Shown here in pieces: positions 1 through 13,009 of a stretch of 64,000 nucleotides of DNA (its first letter is position 1; the number at the start of each line of letters is the position of its first letter). This DNA is from Octopus vulgaris (lineage: Eukaryota). The notes below the pieces were generated by a model. It was not told the DNA's origin. It searched no databases and worked only from the letters and a program-made list of their open reading frames with translations. The stretch covers positions 54,498,001 to 54,562,000 of the forward strand of contig OX597821.1 in the NCBI GenBank assembly GCA_951406725.2, in the 5' to 3' direction. The position numbers and the translations under genes were made by a program.

Positions 1-40
1 GACAGACACTCACACAACTACAGTTTTATATATATATAGA
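1..40 (-). mobile_element. Probable Helitron 5' terminus (element continues out of window)
   Basis: Reverse complement reads A|TCTATATATATATAAAACTGTAGTTGTGTGAGTGTCTGTC, the same style as the 5' end of the non-autonomous Helitron at 49895. Confidence 0.45.
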
Positions 41-59
41 TGTTGAGAGGTTAAAGTCT

Positions 60-1430
60 CAAAGAACAGGTAGGAACAGACTTCTTACTGCAGAGGAGTT
101 ACATGCCTACTTTGCATTCTATGAGTGGCTGGCAGTAAATGGGTTAGAGCTCAAAAGAGAAAAGAAGGTGGTGTTAGGCAGATGGCAAAGTGAGCCCTCA
201 AGATGTAAGAAGGTGAATAGAAGAGAGTGGGGGTGGGGGGCAGAAAAACAAGAATGTTTTGTGCATCAAGTTTGCAAAGTTGGAAGAATGTATTGGGAGA
301 GTGAGTGATGGTAAGACATGAAGTTGGTCCACTAAGCAGAATTGATGGTTAACAAGTGATTCATTATTGAGTTAGACATCAAGGATAATAAGCAGTTTAG
401 ACAGTATATGAGGCTGATTGAGATGCAAGAAAACTGGTTTGTGATATAAGAAGTCTAACTGTTAAGACTGGTATGGGTAGTGGTGTTAGTAAAAGTGGTC
501 ATCTGAGGCAGTGAGTGCAGAATCAGGAAAAAGAGATCTGTTGACCGAGAGGGATGGATTAAGAACTGGAAACCAGTAAGTCATGCATATTGCAGCCACC
601 CTTAAATGGGGTGGGAGATGAACCAGTAAGGTGGCGAATAATGAGCTTGGATTAGAGAAGTCAGAAGTGTTGTATGATGAAGAAATAAGTTAGCGTGAGA
701 GTAAAGGAAAGGAAAAGCATGGTGATTAGTTATAAGGCAGAGGCAAGAGGAAAGGGCTTCATGTAGTCAACTGCCTTGGTGATCTCATTCTTGCTGACAA
801 CATCATAAGCGGAAAGTGTAATCTCACGAAAGAGCTGTTCTTCACTCTTGCTCCAGAGCATCGGCTGCGGGGTCACTCCAAAAAGCTCTATTTGCGACGA
901 TTTCATCTCAATCGAAGGAGAGGGGCTTTCTCTGTCCGGGTTGCGGATCCGTGGAATAAGCTGCTGGACGAGATAGTGAAGATGCCGATGACCGCTTGGT
1001 TCAAAGTTTCTCTTGACCAGAAATGGCCTGAACTCTTTGCATGAACACCCTCCCTGTACATAACTCCATGTCCTCCTACATGGCCTTGCTTTTTGCTTTT
1101 TGAGCCAAAAAATTAACTTAACTTCACTTATGGGTGTGAATGGGAGCAGTTTGGACTTAGATAGTGGAAGGGGTATTCATATTATGTAAGGTATTGGAAC
1201 ATACATTGATACTGGGTTTTCAAATTATAATTATGGCTTCAGGGCTGAAGTAAAGGAAAGAATTGATAACAAGTAATAGTGTGAAGAGGGATAAATGGAG
1301 GAAGGTCATGGTAGGAGTAAGATTGAGTTGGGTCATAGAATCATAGATGATGACACACCACCAACCACTTATACCTTTTCCATCTCTGTCTTCCACAAAC
1401 ATAAGTGGTAATGATGGTGTTATGTGTATG
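60..1430 (-). mobile_element. Highly decayed Penelope-like element (RT C-terminus/GIY-YIG region), interrupted by a LINE 3' fragment
   Basis: Minus-strand remnants NMHDLLVSSS and YITNQFSCISISLIYCLNCLL resemble Penelope RNLRDLLVRS and ITDSFTCTSxNIIYCISC motifs; many stops. Confidence 0.5.
778..1110 (+). mobile_element. 5'-truncated CR1/L2-clade LINE, ORF2 C-terminus and 3' UTR
   Basis: Open frame GDLILADNIISGKCNLTKELFFTLAPEHRLRGHSKKLYLRRFHLNRRRGAFSVRVADPWNKL...FKVSLDQKWPELFA*, with the GDLI/RGH-KL/FS-RV-WN-L/FK-LD signature. Confidence 0.8.
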
Positions 1431-2862
1431 TGTGAGGTATACCATTACTAGCTATAATGAAAATATATAAAATGAAATTTAAGCAGAAATAAAGATAAAG
1501 TTATTAAAGTAATACATTTCTTGTATCTTTACACACAACAACAAGCACTTAAACATAAATCTATGTGTACATAGTCACCTGTCAACATTTAGACTACACA
1601 ACATAAATTAGTTGACACATACCAACAACATCATCACCATTTGCAATCTCACCTACAGTAAAAACCACTTTCTTCCTTCCTCACTTCCACTGAGACTCTA
1701 AAAGATTATATTCTAAATGTGCAAAGATTAATTCATCTACTTTTTCTTTTACATTTTTTTTCCTTTCGTGTCTTTTTCTTTGTCTTACTTTTCCAATGAA
1801 GGATAAATAAGACCTAAACAACAAACATTTCTTTCCTTTATTTCTTCCATATGAATCTAATATAATTTCTATTGAGAAATTTATTGTCTGTGGTGCTGTT
1901 ATAAATTTGAATATATTCTTCTTCGTCCTGATGCTTGGAGAAGAGTATACTGAAACCAACTTGTATCCCCATTAATCTACTTTCAGGATAACTACCTCAG
2001 ACTCAGATGGATTTCCATTTCAAAATACTAGATCACATTTATTTTATTACATTGTTTGTGTGGTATATGTGTACACATATGAGTATGAAGCTAGAGAGAA
2101 AGAATGTGTGTTTGAGGGTTTGTATGAACATGTAATACAACACTTATGTGACACAAGAGGAGGCAAATACTGTTAGTTTATCCAATAAGCACTAATTTTG
2201 AGAGCTTTAGTTGTTCAGGAGATTTTGATGTAAGCAGTATTATGGTCATCCTTTAGACAACAGATATGTGGTTCAACAACTGTAAGTGTTTACATTTTCT
2301 GTTTTGTGTCCCACAAGTAAATATATGATTGCAGTATAAATAAAAGATCTATTGAACCTGTCAGTACATGAAGCATAAAGTTACCCATGATGTGTATATC
2401 TATATAATTTATATGTTTGTACTTAGTGCTATATATATTTTCAATAACTGTGAAAATCACTTGAGTAGACTTTGCTATATTTAGCCATATAGAAGTAATG
2501 TTTCAAGAAATAATTTTATTTTAATAGACTTATTTAAAAATTGTTCATTGAATATGATATTTATTTCTCTTCTATCATTTCCCTTTATTGCTTGATTATT
2601 TATTTAAACATTTGTTTCATTCAGTAATATGTTTTATATTAGGGAATGACTGATGATTGATGAGATATTTGAAAAGCAAAAACACTAAGTGTTGAATAAT
2701 GTGTAATGCTTTGAAATCAGCAAATATATAATCAAACACGCATTTCTGTCTGTTTGTCCATCTATCTCTTTTTTCATCTTAGTATACATATATATGAGAA
2801 CAGTTGCTTTGTAAATTTCATATCTTTTTGCAAAAAACATATCCATTTACTATCTGACTCGT

Positions 2863-3490
2863 CTTCATCATTTAACGTCCAGTCTCCATGCTGACATGGG
2901 TTAGACAGTTTGACTGGAACTGATAAACCAGAGAGCTGCACCAGGTTTCAGTCTGATTTACCATGGTTTCTATGGTTGGATGCCTTCCTAACACCAACCA
3001 CTCCAGAAGTGTAATGGGTACTTTTACATGCCACAGGTATGAGTACTATTTGTATAACTCTAGCAATGACCACAACTAGGAGTTACAGGTGTTATTTACA
3101 TGGTACTGGCAACAACCACAATGATTTATGGGTGCCATCTATATGGTTGGTACCTGCAACAACCATGACTACGATTCACAAGTGCCATCTGCATGGCTCC
3201 ATTAACAACCATGATTACAATTCACAGGTGCCATTTACATGGTACCATCAATGATCAGAACTACAATTATGATTCACAGGTGCCATTTACAAGGCACCAG
3301 TGACAGCCCAACTCCGATTTCACAGGCACCGTTTACATGGCACCAGCAGTGGCCATGACTACGATTTCATGGGTACCATTTGCATGACACCGACATGGCC
3401 ACAACTACAACCTCATTTGGTCTGATGAGTTTCTTCATGTATAGCATATCACCAGAGGTTTTGATCACTTGTCATCACCTCTTTTAGGCT
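2863..3490 (-). mobile_element. RTE-related non-autonomous element/SINE with internal ~43-bp tandem repeats and (GAT)n tail
   Basis: CATCATTTAACGTCC...CCATGCTGACATGGG tail hairpin, GGATGCCTTCCTAACACCAACCAC block and repeated GGTGCCATTTACATGG units; homologous to 21728, 41780 and 57830. Confidence 0.7.
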
Positions 3491-3544
3491 TAACAGGCTG
3501 TCTGAAGAAATTATTCTTAGATGTGGCTGTGTTAATAGACACAT

Positions 3545-3960
3545 GCATGGCTGTATGGTATGATGCTTGCTTCCCAACCATATGATTCCAGGTTTAGTCC
3601 TACTGCATGGCATCCTGAGCAAGTGTCTTCTACTATAGCCTCAGGTCAACCAAACCCTTGTGAGTGGATTCGGTAGACAGAAACTGAAAGATGCCCGTCA
3701 TATATATATTGTGTGTGTGTGTGTATGTGTGTATGTGTGTGTGTGTGTGTGTATGTGTGTGTCTGTGTTTGTGCCCCCCACCATCATTTGACAACCAATG
3801 TTGGTGCATTTACATCCCCCGTAACTTGGCAGTTTGGCAAAAGAGACTGAAAGAGTAAGGCTTACAAAGAATAAGTCCTGAAGTCGAATTGATCAGCTAA
3901 AAGTGGTGCTCCAGCATGGCCACAGTCAAATGACTGGAACAAATAAAAGAATAAGAGAAT
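3545..3960 (+). mobile_element. tRNA-derived CORE-type SINE (family 1) with internal (TA)/(TG) tract
   Basis: TGGCTGTATGG A-box, GGTTTAGTCC B-box-like motif, CORE-like GGCATCCTGAGCAAGTGTCTT, 3' CTCCAGCATGGCCACAGTC; about 16 copies in the window. Confidence 0.85.
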
Positions 3961-4507
3961 ATCAAAATATACAGAATTATATAGGTATTGTAGCTGATCA
4001 AAAACCAGATGTTAGATAACATCCTGGTTAAATGGTACCATATACTTATCAGAGCTAGTTGTTGTGGTAAAAATATGGTGAGTGCTACTTTACAAAATTT
4101 CAGCAAGAAATAATGTCCAACTTTCAAAGGCCTTTAATTTTTTTATCTTAGGTGGCAATTTCATGGATTTCAGTCCAAAGTGTTCTGTCTTTGTAGTTGG
4201 CTTAGCATGGTCAAAGGAAAAGACTTTCCATCTTGTTCACTAGGTCTATTATCTTCTCCAGCAGCAGCTTCAAGCAGATAGCAGTGAGATGCTTTTTGCT
4301 GGATGTCTTTGAGCATATAAAACCATATCATTGGCGGGTCTTAGATAACTATGCAGAGCTCTCTGCTAGGGATAGCAGCTACAAAGCATGAGACACAGGC
4401 AACCTATTGCAACATGCTATGCAGTACAAAGGAGCATGTAAGTCATCTAAGAATCCCTAAAAGGAATAAAATGAATAAAGCACCTCCCAATGTCATATAG
4501 ACTCATA

Positions 4508-4720
4508 AGGCTGGTTTCCTGCTTTCTGTGGCAAATATATTCCTCTTGGATGGGATGCCAGTCCATTGCAAGATTACAAATTTTTTCCAGCTAAATAGAC
4601 TGAACCAACATGAAATGAAGTGTTTTGCTCAAGAACACAGAGCATTGCAGGGTCTAGTAATTGAAACTACAATCTTATCATGAGTCTAAGACCCCAACCT
4701 CTAAGCCACACGCATCCTCC
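4508..4720 (-). mobile_element. Decayed tRNA-derived SINE (family 3-like)
   Basis: Minus strand GGAGGATGCGTGTGGCTTAGAGGTTGGG...GTTTCAATTAC, then TTCTTGAGCAAAACACTT; similar to 11492-11760 and the head of 61391. Confidence 0.6.
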
Positions 4721-5823
4721 AAGAATCAATAAATCAGAAAAAATATGTTTTCATATATTTGTCGACAGAGTGGGTATATTAGTCAATGTATGTAGTATTA
4801 TATATCCATTACAGCCAATCTTACCTTCTAGCTTTGAAGGGCATACAATATTAACTGTGCAATTACTTAGCATTTGGTTTTAGTACCCAGTGCAAAACTG
4901 ATAGGCAAAATCAGCCATAATGGATATATAATACCCTACACTTTGATTAATATACCCATTCACTTGATAGATACACAAGTGCATATTTTTTCTGACTTAT
5001 GGATTCTTAAAGAATTACATGTGTGCGTGTTTATACTTTGCAAATGCTGACACACACAGATGTACATATAGATAATCACTTGGGGTTATTACATTATCTT
5101 GTTATTTTCAAATTAAAATACCCTCAGGTTCTATATTTGAAGATGAATGTAACTTTTCTATTGTCATCATCATCATCAACATCATCATCATCCTCAGAAA
5201 AAATTGATGATTGTTTATTAATTTAAAAAAAAAAAATATTTCAACTTTATTTTGTAAAGTCATTTAAAAACTATTGTTTAATCAATTACACTTCACTCTG
5301 TAAAAAAAAAAAAATTGTAGGCCACAATAACTACAGTAATTCAGAATTTAGCTAGAAATGAGCTAATATCAATGGTTATGTTGAAAATGAAAAAGAATCT
5401 CAAGAATATAGTTTTTTTGTTTTTAGTGTAACAAATTATTTCACCTAGCCATTTACTGATTAATTAAACCATATATAAAACTAAATTCCTGTGAATCTAA
5501 AATTTCACAAGAATTATATAAATGTGTGTGTGTGCGTGCATGAGTGTGCAAGCAAATATGTAAGCCTGTATTTGAGTGACTGTGTATGTATATGTGTGTC
5601 TGAGTGTTGGAAATTAAGTGAATGAATTGCATTTCATGGCAAGTTCTGGCTCAGTTAATCCATTCACTTGTAAAAACATAAAAGCAATTCATATATTTAT
5701 TCATTCTTGTGGTTATTTTTGTTGATACTGCTGTTGTTATTGCCATTTTTGTTAGTGTTTAATCCCAGGTCAGACTCGACTGAGCTGGTCTATGATCAAA
5801 GATTTCCTGCTGTGACAATATCA

Positions 5824-5910
5824 TTTTATTTTTTACTTTCTAAAACTTATTTTTTGCAATGTCTATATTTTATTTTTTACTTTCTAAAACTTATTTTTTG
5901 CAATGTCTAT
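5824..5910. repeat. Tandem duplication of a ~43-bp unit
   Basis: TTTTATTTTTTACTTTCTAAAACTTATTTTTTGCAATGTCTAT occurs twice head to tail. Confidence 0.9.
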
Positions 5911-6504
5911 CTAGAACTATCAAATGAGTCACTTTTTTGTTAATAATACTTTAAGGCATGCTATGAGAGAGACTCGGCAGTTTTTCTCGTCGCTTATGTG
6001 ACAATATAAAAGTTCCTCTTATTGACTCTGTTAGTATATTGTTGCTTCTATAGATGAATGCTAAACACTTTGTTATATTGTTGCAATGGAAGTGAGGTGA
6101 AATGTATGGCCTGAAGGAAGACCAGAAGACACATTTAGAAAATATTTGGAAATCATGTGCAAGTTGCACAAATAAAGATTAGAATTATTTATATAATTAA
6201 ACATTTAACAATATTTGGTGAAGTTCCACTGGCCATTTTCTGCTATATAGTCTGTGCCAATATTTGTTCATTTACATTACAAACAGTGATATATCTATAA
6301 ATGTGATATATATGCTACGTCAATACTTAGAAGGAATAGATATTTGTCAAAAAGCTGAAAAGCATTGACACAAAAACTGATTCAACTATTTCCAAATTTT
6401 GATTTTCATTATTCTGTTTTTTAGTTAGATGTATATTTTTTATACTGTTATAGTTTAGTAACTCATATGGTGAATTGGCAAAATCATGGGTGCCTTGTAT
6501 TTGT

Positions 6505-6866
6505 TCATTTACTCTTTTACTCTTTTATTTGTTTCAGTCATTTGACTGTGGCCATGCTGGAGCACCCCAAGACTTATTCTTTGTAAGCCTATTGGTCTCT
6601 TTTACCAAACCGCTAAGTTATGGGGATGTAAATACACCAGCATCGGTTGTCAAGTGATGTTGGTGGGGACAAACAGACACACATACATATATACATATGT
6701 ACGACGGGCTTCTTTCAGTTTCCGTCTACCAAATCCACTCACAAGGCTTTGATCAGCCCGAGGCTATAGTAGAAGACTCTTGCCCAAGGTGCCACGCAGT
6801 GGGACTGAACCCGGAACAATGTGGTTGGTAAGCAAGCTACTTACCACACAGCCACCCCTGTGCCTA
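6505..6866 (-). mobile_element. SINE family 1 copy
   Basis: Reverse complement of the family 1 consensus (GGCTGTGTGGTAAGTAGCTTGCTTACCAACCAC...CTCCAGCATGGCCACAGTC). Confidence 0.9.
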
Positions 6867-7176
6867 TTGTGAGTTCAACTACTACTGAGGTCAACTTTGT
6901 CATTCATTATTTTATTGTTAATAAAACAATCTGCTTATCAAGTGAGGAGCAAGACCTTACGCCCAGTTCATACATCTATATGAAGCTGCTGGACACTATG
7001 GTCAATCCCTGGCAGGAGAGAATTGATGCAAGAAGGCCATATGTGTGACAATAGGATTCAACTAACTCCTTGTCATACCTCTAGAAAGAGACAGAACTGG
7101 TTGTTGGAGAATTTCTATGATTTCATCAACCTCAATTTCTGGCCTCCTAATTCCCATCAATTGCAATCTCATGGAT

Positions 7177-7224
<48 letters not shown>

Positions 7225-8599
7225 GGCACAGTTGCTGCATTGCCAAAATTGAGCTAGTGGTCAAGATCAAGGAAGTGTTCAAATATCTTCTCAAGGAACA
7301 ATGAGAAATGTATGCACCAAGTTCTAGGGCCGGCATGAGGCTGTGCTGGAAACTGAGGGTAGCTACTTTGAGCAAATGTTATCTTCCAGCCATAATCTAG
7401 TTGATATTTTAGATTATTAAAATACCTTTTGAGGGGATGGGATATTGTGTCTCCTTTCATGCCGTCAAATTTAGCCTGAACCCCAAAACATACGCACACT
7501 TGTGTGTGTAAGTGTGTGTGGGTGTGTGGGTGAGTGTGAGTGTGTGTGTGTGTGTGTTAGTAAAGAAGAAAAGATTGAGTGATAAACACCACATTGATGG
7601 ACGAAGAATTTCTTTTAATATTAGAATGCTTTTATATAAATGAATATCAATGGTTTAATGCATATAAATTTGCAATTATTTTATCATAGTTTGAGTAACA
7701 TTTTCATGGCATGTATACCCACGAGCCAATCCATCAGAGATAACATCCAAATTTCCCATGAATCCAACAATATTGGATGAGAATGTATCTTCATCCATTG
7801 TTTCGATATTAAATGCACACAACCTGGCACTTGGAATATATTACATTCCATTTACCAGTTAATCTGCTTCAGATTTCTAGGAGGTCTGATGGTGATTTCC
7901 ATAGAGCATTGCTGTTATTGTTGTTGTTCTGTTTTATTCATGCTTAATCATACCTGTGACAGAAATGATATTTATTGAATGCTAAACAATAACCTAAAAA
8001 ACAGTAATGGTAAAATGGGTGGCAACATAATTGATAAAGTGAGGCAAGAATTAATTAGAATTGATTGATTAAAATTATAGCATTACTGATTAAGAAAACC
8101 TAATTGACTTAATGAATAATTCTGGATAGGAGAAGAAGGGAAGAAAACTCTTAGAATTTAAATTATTCAAAATTAATTAAAAATAGAAAATTGACTTTTC
8201 ATATGCAAATGGGCAAGAGACTTTGCCTTAAGCTGCACAGTCTATCTTCAGTTATCCTGTTTATTGGATGTTGACAACCGTGTTTTTTCATCTGTGGGCC
8301 AGATGGTGTCTTAAAGAATGGCAAAAAGCTAGATAAATGTCTCAAAATATTTCCACAATACGAATTAGCTATTTCAGTCCTTCTAATTATATTTTGAATT
8401 AAATCAGTAAATGCTAGAAATTAGTAATCAAAGAAATAAATTTGTGACTATTTATTTCAAAGGGTATCCGGCAATCTATTAAAAAGACTCAAAGTATCTT
8501 TAAAACATAAAAAGTATGACGCTTTGAGTGGTAGTCAATGAAGGATAGTAAAAAAGAAAATTATTTAACATTAATGGAATCAGTCAATGAAGCAAAATG

Positions 8600-9250
8600 G
8601 AACCGTGTACTGTTTGTTGTTTGGAATCACAATATTGAATGTCAAACTTGTTGATGCCCATAGGAAGTGATAATGAAAATTGGCATCAGCCAATTTTATT
8701 CTGAAATGGTTCTTGGTGAGTTTCATTTTTAAAAATAATTACTCACACAGATACTGCCCAACAATTCACACACCTACTCCCACTCCTTTGTTTTTGCACA
8801 GATAACTAAGTCAGAATACCCCTGACTTGGATTAATATGTTTTCTGTACAAGTCAAACACTGACAAATCTTAAGAATGAAATTTCAGTCTCAAAATGTCA
8901 TCATTCTGCATCTCAATCAATACCATTCAATAATTTCTCTTGCAGTGTCTACTTCTACATCAAATGGAATAACAAATGGCTTGAAGTCATTTATCTGGAA
9001 GTGAAAATCAGCAAAACTAGATGAAAACTTTTACTCAGCAATATTTTCTCAACAAATGCGACAAACTTATTTTCCAATCTGTTCAATGAAAAAGTAATCT
9101 AGAGAGCAAGTTTCTTGAATATTTCAGTACTGAACATCTACCTTCGTATGCTTTGCATTCATTGCCATAGGGATTTGTTTCTTCACTTTCACTTCTCTGA
9201 TTGCATTTCAAATATCATGGCATATATAAATATCTATCTCATCTAACACG
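8600..9250 (-). pseudogene. hAT (Charlie/SPIN, GTF2IRD2-like) transposase C-terminal remnant
   Basis: Frameshifted translation FSSSFADFHFQINDFKPFVIPFDVEVDTA..MVLIEMQNDDILRLKFH..QYLCE*LF..MKLTKNHFRIKLADANF matches the hAT dimerisation region (QMELIELQ...TYLCEQLFSKMK..K..R..LTD). Confidence 0.7.
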
Positions 9251-9594
9251 CTTCTATTGAGAAATACTAAAATGTTATGAGACAGACCAACTAATGTGGG
9301 AGATATATTTCTTTAGCATAGCTTAAACCACCAAATCTAAAAGAGAGGGATTTTGTGACAAACATAAAAAAAGAGTTCAGTCCTAATCATTTCTTGCAAA
9401 TCATATATCCACTTTGTTTAAACACAAACATTATGAAATGTGCATCATACCAGAATAAATTATAGACTTCTTTCAGCAGATATTTTGAATGGATTTCTAA
9501 TGAGAAGAAGGTAGCATTTTTTCTGTTTACAAATTTTAACATTCATAACTGAAAAGGTAGGAAAATATCAGAGAAGATTATTCCTTTCAGTGGT

Positions 9595-10850
9595 TGGGCC
9601 AGGGTGAATAGTGATATGGAGATAAATTAGGACAGAAACTGCAGCTAAAATTTCAAAGGTACTGAATGTAGTATCCTTGGAAAGAGGGCCAGAAAATGAG
9701 CTGTTGATGGACAACAGCACAGCTTTTCATTCAGAGCAGGTGAAATAGATGGAACATCAGACATTACTTTGGAGCTGCAAACAGACCCAGTGGAAATGGA
9801 ATTATAGAATGACACCATTGCACAATCAAAGCCATGGCTGAAAGGGAGCAAATTGCTCCCAAAGAAGCAGTCTTTTGGCACAATATGTTGACCAGGATAG
9901 GAGAAACTGAAGAGTCAATCCCACAAAGAGCCATATTTCAGTGTGCACCACAGGAGTCAAAAGTGGAAGATTTTGCATCTTTTCAGATCATCAGATATTA
10001 TATTGAAGCTGCAAACAGGCCCCAGTGGAAATGGCATTATAAAACGGCACCATCGCACAATCAGATGAAATGTGGGCGATGCCCCATAATTCATGGTGCA
10101 TGACGTAGTGGGAGAAACAAAGGGTTACTATGACCAGCACTCAAAATAATATATTGGTAGATGAAATGCTGAATCACATCATGGATGTTTGTAGAGTTGT
10201 TAGCCCCTCTGATGATGAACAAAGTAGCGTGAGAGGCTAGCCCAGGTAATTTTTCAAAGATCACAAGGGGAGTGTCATTCACACAGGCAGATGGATGACT
10301 TAGCAAAATAGAGAAGCAGTGGTCTTTAGATCAGCAGGAGCATGTGGAGGAATGAAAGGAGAGTGGCCATGAGGTTGTAGTTGTGGCCATGTCGGTATCA
10401 TGCAAATGGTACCCATGAAATCGTAGTCATGGCCACTGCTGGTGCCATGTAAATGGTGCCTGTGAAATCAGAGTTGGGCTGTCACTGGTGCCTTGTAAAT
10501 GGCACCTGTGAATTGTAATCATGGTTGTTGATGGAGCCATGCAGATGGCACTTGTGAATCATAGTCATGGTTGTTGCAGGTACCAACCATATAGAGGGCA
10601 CCCATGAAATGTTGGAAGTGAGGAAGGAAAAATGACATCAGGACCAGAAGCAAGGGAAAATGATGTCACATCAAGAACTGGGATGTTGAGGGCAACAGAC
10701 ATAGGGAAAGGGTCATTTAGGGAGAATAGTTTTTTCTGGTCGGAGGTCAGGGTAGTGTGCATGTGTTGGTATGACTATTGAGTTCTGCTGATTCCCATGA
10801 AGCAAAACTGGAGATGCAGTTCTGATTTCATTTTGAGATAAAAACATTAT
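9595..10850 (+). mobile_element. Gypsy LTR retrotransposon remnant: integrase, internal duplication and probable 3' LTR
   Basis: RTETAAKISKVLN..LERGP..ELLMDNSTAFHSE..WNIRHYFGAANRPSGNGIIE*HHCTIKAMAER..EAVFWHN (DDE integrase core); the AANRPSGNGII block recurs at ~9990-10060; a purine tract lies near 10350. Confidence 0.8.
10369..10605 (+). repeat. Inverted near-identical copy of 3128-3416 (templated insertion)
   Basis: Reverse complement aligns to 3128-3416 with about half a dozen substitutions and one ~52-bp indel; CCATGA lies at both junctions. Confidence 0.9.
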
Positions 10851-10851
10851 T

Positions 10852-11212
10852 CTTTTATTCTTTAATTTGTTTCAGTCATTTGACTGCAGCCATGCTGGAG
10901 CAACGCCTTTAGTCGATCAAATCGACCCCAGCACTTATTCTTTGTAAGCCTAGTACTTATTCTATCGGTCTCTTTTTGCCAAACCACTAAGTTACAGGGA
11001 CGTGAATACACGAACATCGGTTGTCAAGAGATAGTGAGGGGACAAACACACACACACATATATATACGATGGGCTTCTTTCAAACAAATCCACTTACAAG
11101 GCATTGGTCAGCCCAAGGCTATAGTTGAAGACACTTGCCCAAGGTGCCACACAGTGGGACTGAACCCGGAACCATGCAGTTGGTAAGCAAGCTACTTACC
11201 ACACAGCTGCCT
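10852..11212 (-). mobile_element. SINE family 1 copy
   Basis: Full-length match to the family 1 consensus. Confidence 0.9.
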
Positions 11213-11491
11213 GCCTGCTACATAAATTTAATTTGGTCATACTTCAACTTACAGAATATACCTAGTAGAATTAGTGAAGAGGCTGGCATTTAAAAAGAGA
11301 TAATGTATGGTAGAGAGGACATTTTTAAAAACTACTTTACATAGAGCTATAAAGGACAGCATATAAATATTAGGATGAAAACCCCTTTTGGATAGAAAAA
11401 GTTGAAAGCTGCTTGTGGGACTTAAACACACATCTCCAGTAGACACTCCATTGGTTACAAAAATGAGGGTTCTAGTTGATACAGTCAATGT

Positions 11492-11760
11492 AACAGCCTG
11501 CTCATGAAATTAACATGCATGTGGCTGAGCACTCCACAGACCTGTATACCTTTAACATAATTCTCAGGGAGATTCAGAATGACAGAGTGTGACAAAGCCA
11601 GTCCTTTGAAATACAGGTACTACCCACTTTGCCAGCTGAGTGGACTGGAGCAATATGAAATAAGGAGTCTTGCTCTTGGCCACTATGCCTGACTGGGAAT
11701 TGAACACATGACCTTATGATCGTGCGCTGAATATCTTAACCATTAAGCCATGCACCTTCA
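11492..11760 (-). mobile_element. tRNA-derived SINE (family 3-like)
   Basis: Minus strand GAAGGTGCATGGCTTAATGGTTAAG (A box)...GTGTTCAATTCCC (B box). Confidence 0.7.
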
Positions 11761-13009
11761 CCAGTAAACATAAAAGGTGTTTTACCATTGTACCAATGCA
11801 ATCTTTCAAATTTCTCTATCTATTTTGGAAGTTTTATTCTTACCAACAGGAATTCTATGTTGCTGAAGACATCATAAGAATTTTATGAACTTTTGAGAGA
11901 ACCATGAAATAATTATTGTTTGGAATAATAATTCTTATGACATCAGCAACATTTTAACAGGAATCGTTTTTTAATGTAAAATATTTCTTTTAAATTTGAT
12001 TATGTTCCATACCAGTTTTAAATCCTTATTTAAATATTGATATATATGGATTGAAAAATTATCTTATTTTCGATTGTTTTCTTTCCATGAAACTGAAGTA
12101 GAATAACATGCTTTAGAGACATAAGTCATACAGTTTTTCTACCCTTTCCCAGCTCAACAAAATAAGCGATAGTGTGAGCAAAAGAAAATGAAGCAAATTG
12201 TATCAAATATATATTTGATAAAACAATTTGTTGATTCATGACCTTAAGTTGTAATTCAGTTAAAACTATGTCTGATCTGTGCAACAAAACTATAATAAAA
12301 CCTGATTTCCTTATCTTCAAAATGTTTTTCTTATTTCTCACTCTAAGTTTTGGATAAGCTCCATAATCTATAATGTTGTTTGAATTGGAGAAGAAAATTA
12401 AGAAGAAATATTCTCAGCTAAAATGATAAAAAAACATTTGTGTTTGTTATTGAGCTGAGATTTTCTGACGGCAACAGTTCTATATCTTATTTTCTTAGTG
12501 AAACACTGGAGATTAAACAAAAAATTTGTGCACTTTGCTTGGAAAGTTAAAAATACTGTTTAAAAATGAAAAATTTAAACAATATAGAAAACTATTGCTT
12601 ACTTTGTTTCTTTAATCACACTTCTGTTTAACGAAATTATGAATGACACATATTTCAAGACACTCAACCATTAGTATGCATTTTCTAAAGCCTTAAATTA
12701 TATTTTTAAAAATCTACAGCGTTTCTAGATGTTTCTTGCATTGCACAAGCACAGCACAGAATGGGAGAGTCCTTGGTTCACGCCTATGTTCTGTGTATTA
12801 TCAAAAAATACTTTATTATGTCTATATGAAGCAATGCAGAAACATTACATGGCCTGTGAACTGGTAGAAATAGCAGCCAAAATCGTCCACAAAAAAAACA
12901 AAAGAAGGAAATGTTAGATAAACAAGTTCTGCAATAAATTCACTTAACCAACATCATTTTTATAGTTAAAAAAAAATTTAATTATAGGCCTGCTTGCCCA
13001 GCATTCATC

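Noticed and set aside
1681-1959. 92-aa minus-strand ORF with possible splice sites
   Set aside because: Low-complexity K/R-rich translation of an A-rich tract; no recognisable domain or partner exon.
7680-7955. Coding-like minus-strand stretch (RLCAFNIETMDEDTFSSNIVGFMGNLDVISDGLARGY)
   Set aside because: Short, with no convincing donor site and no family I can recognise; it needs a tBLASTn search to evaluate.
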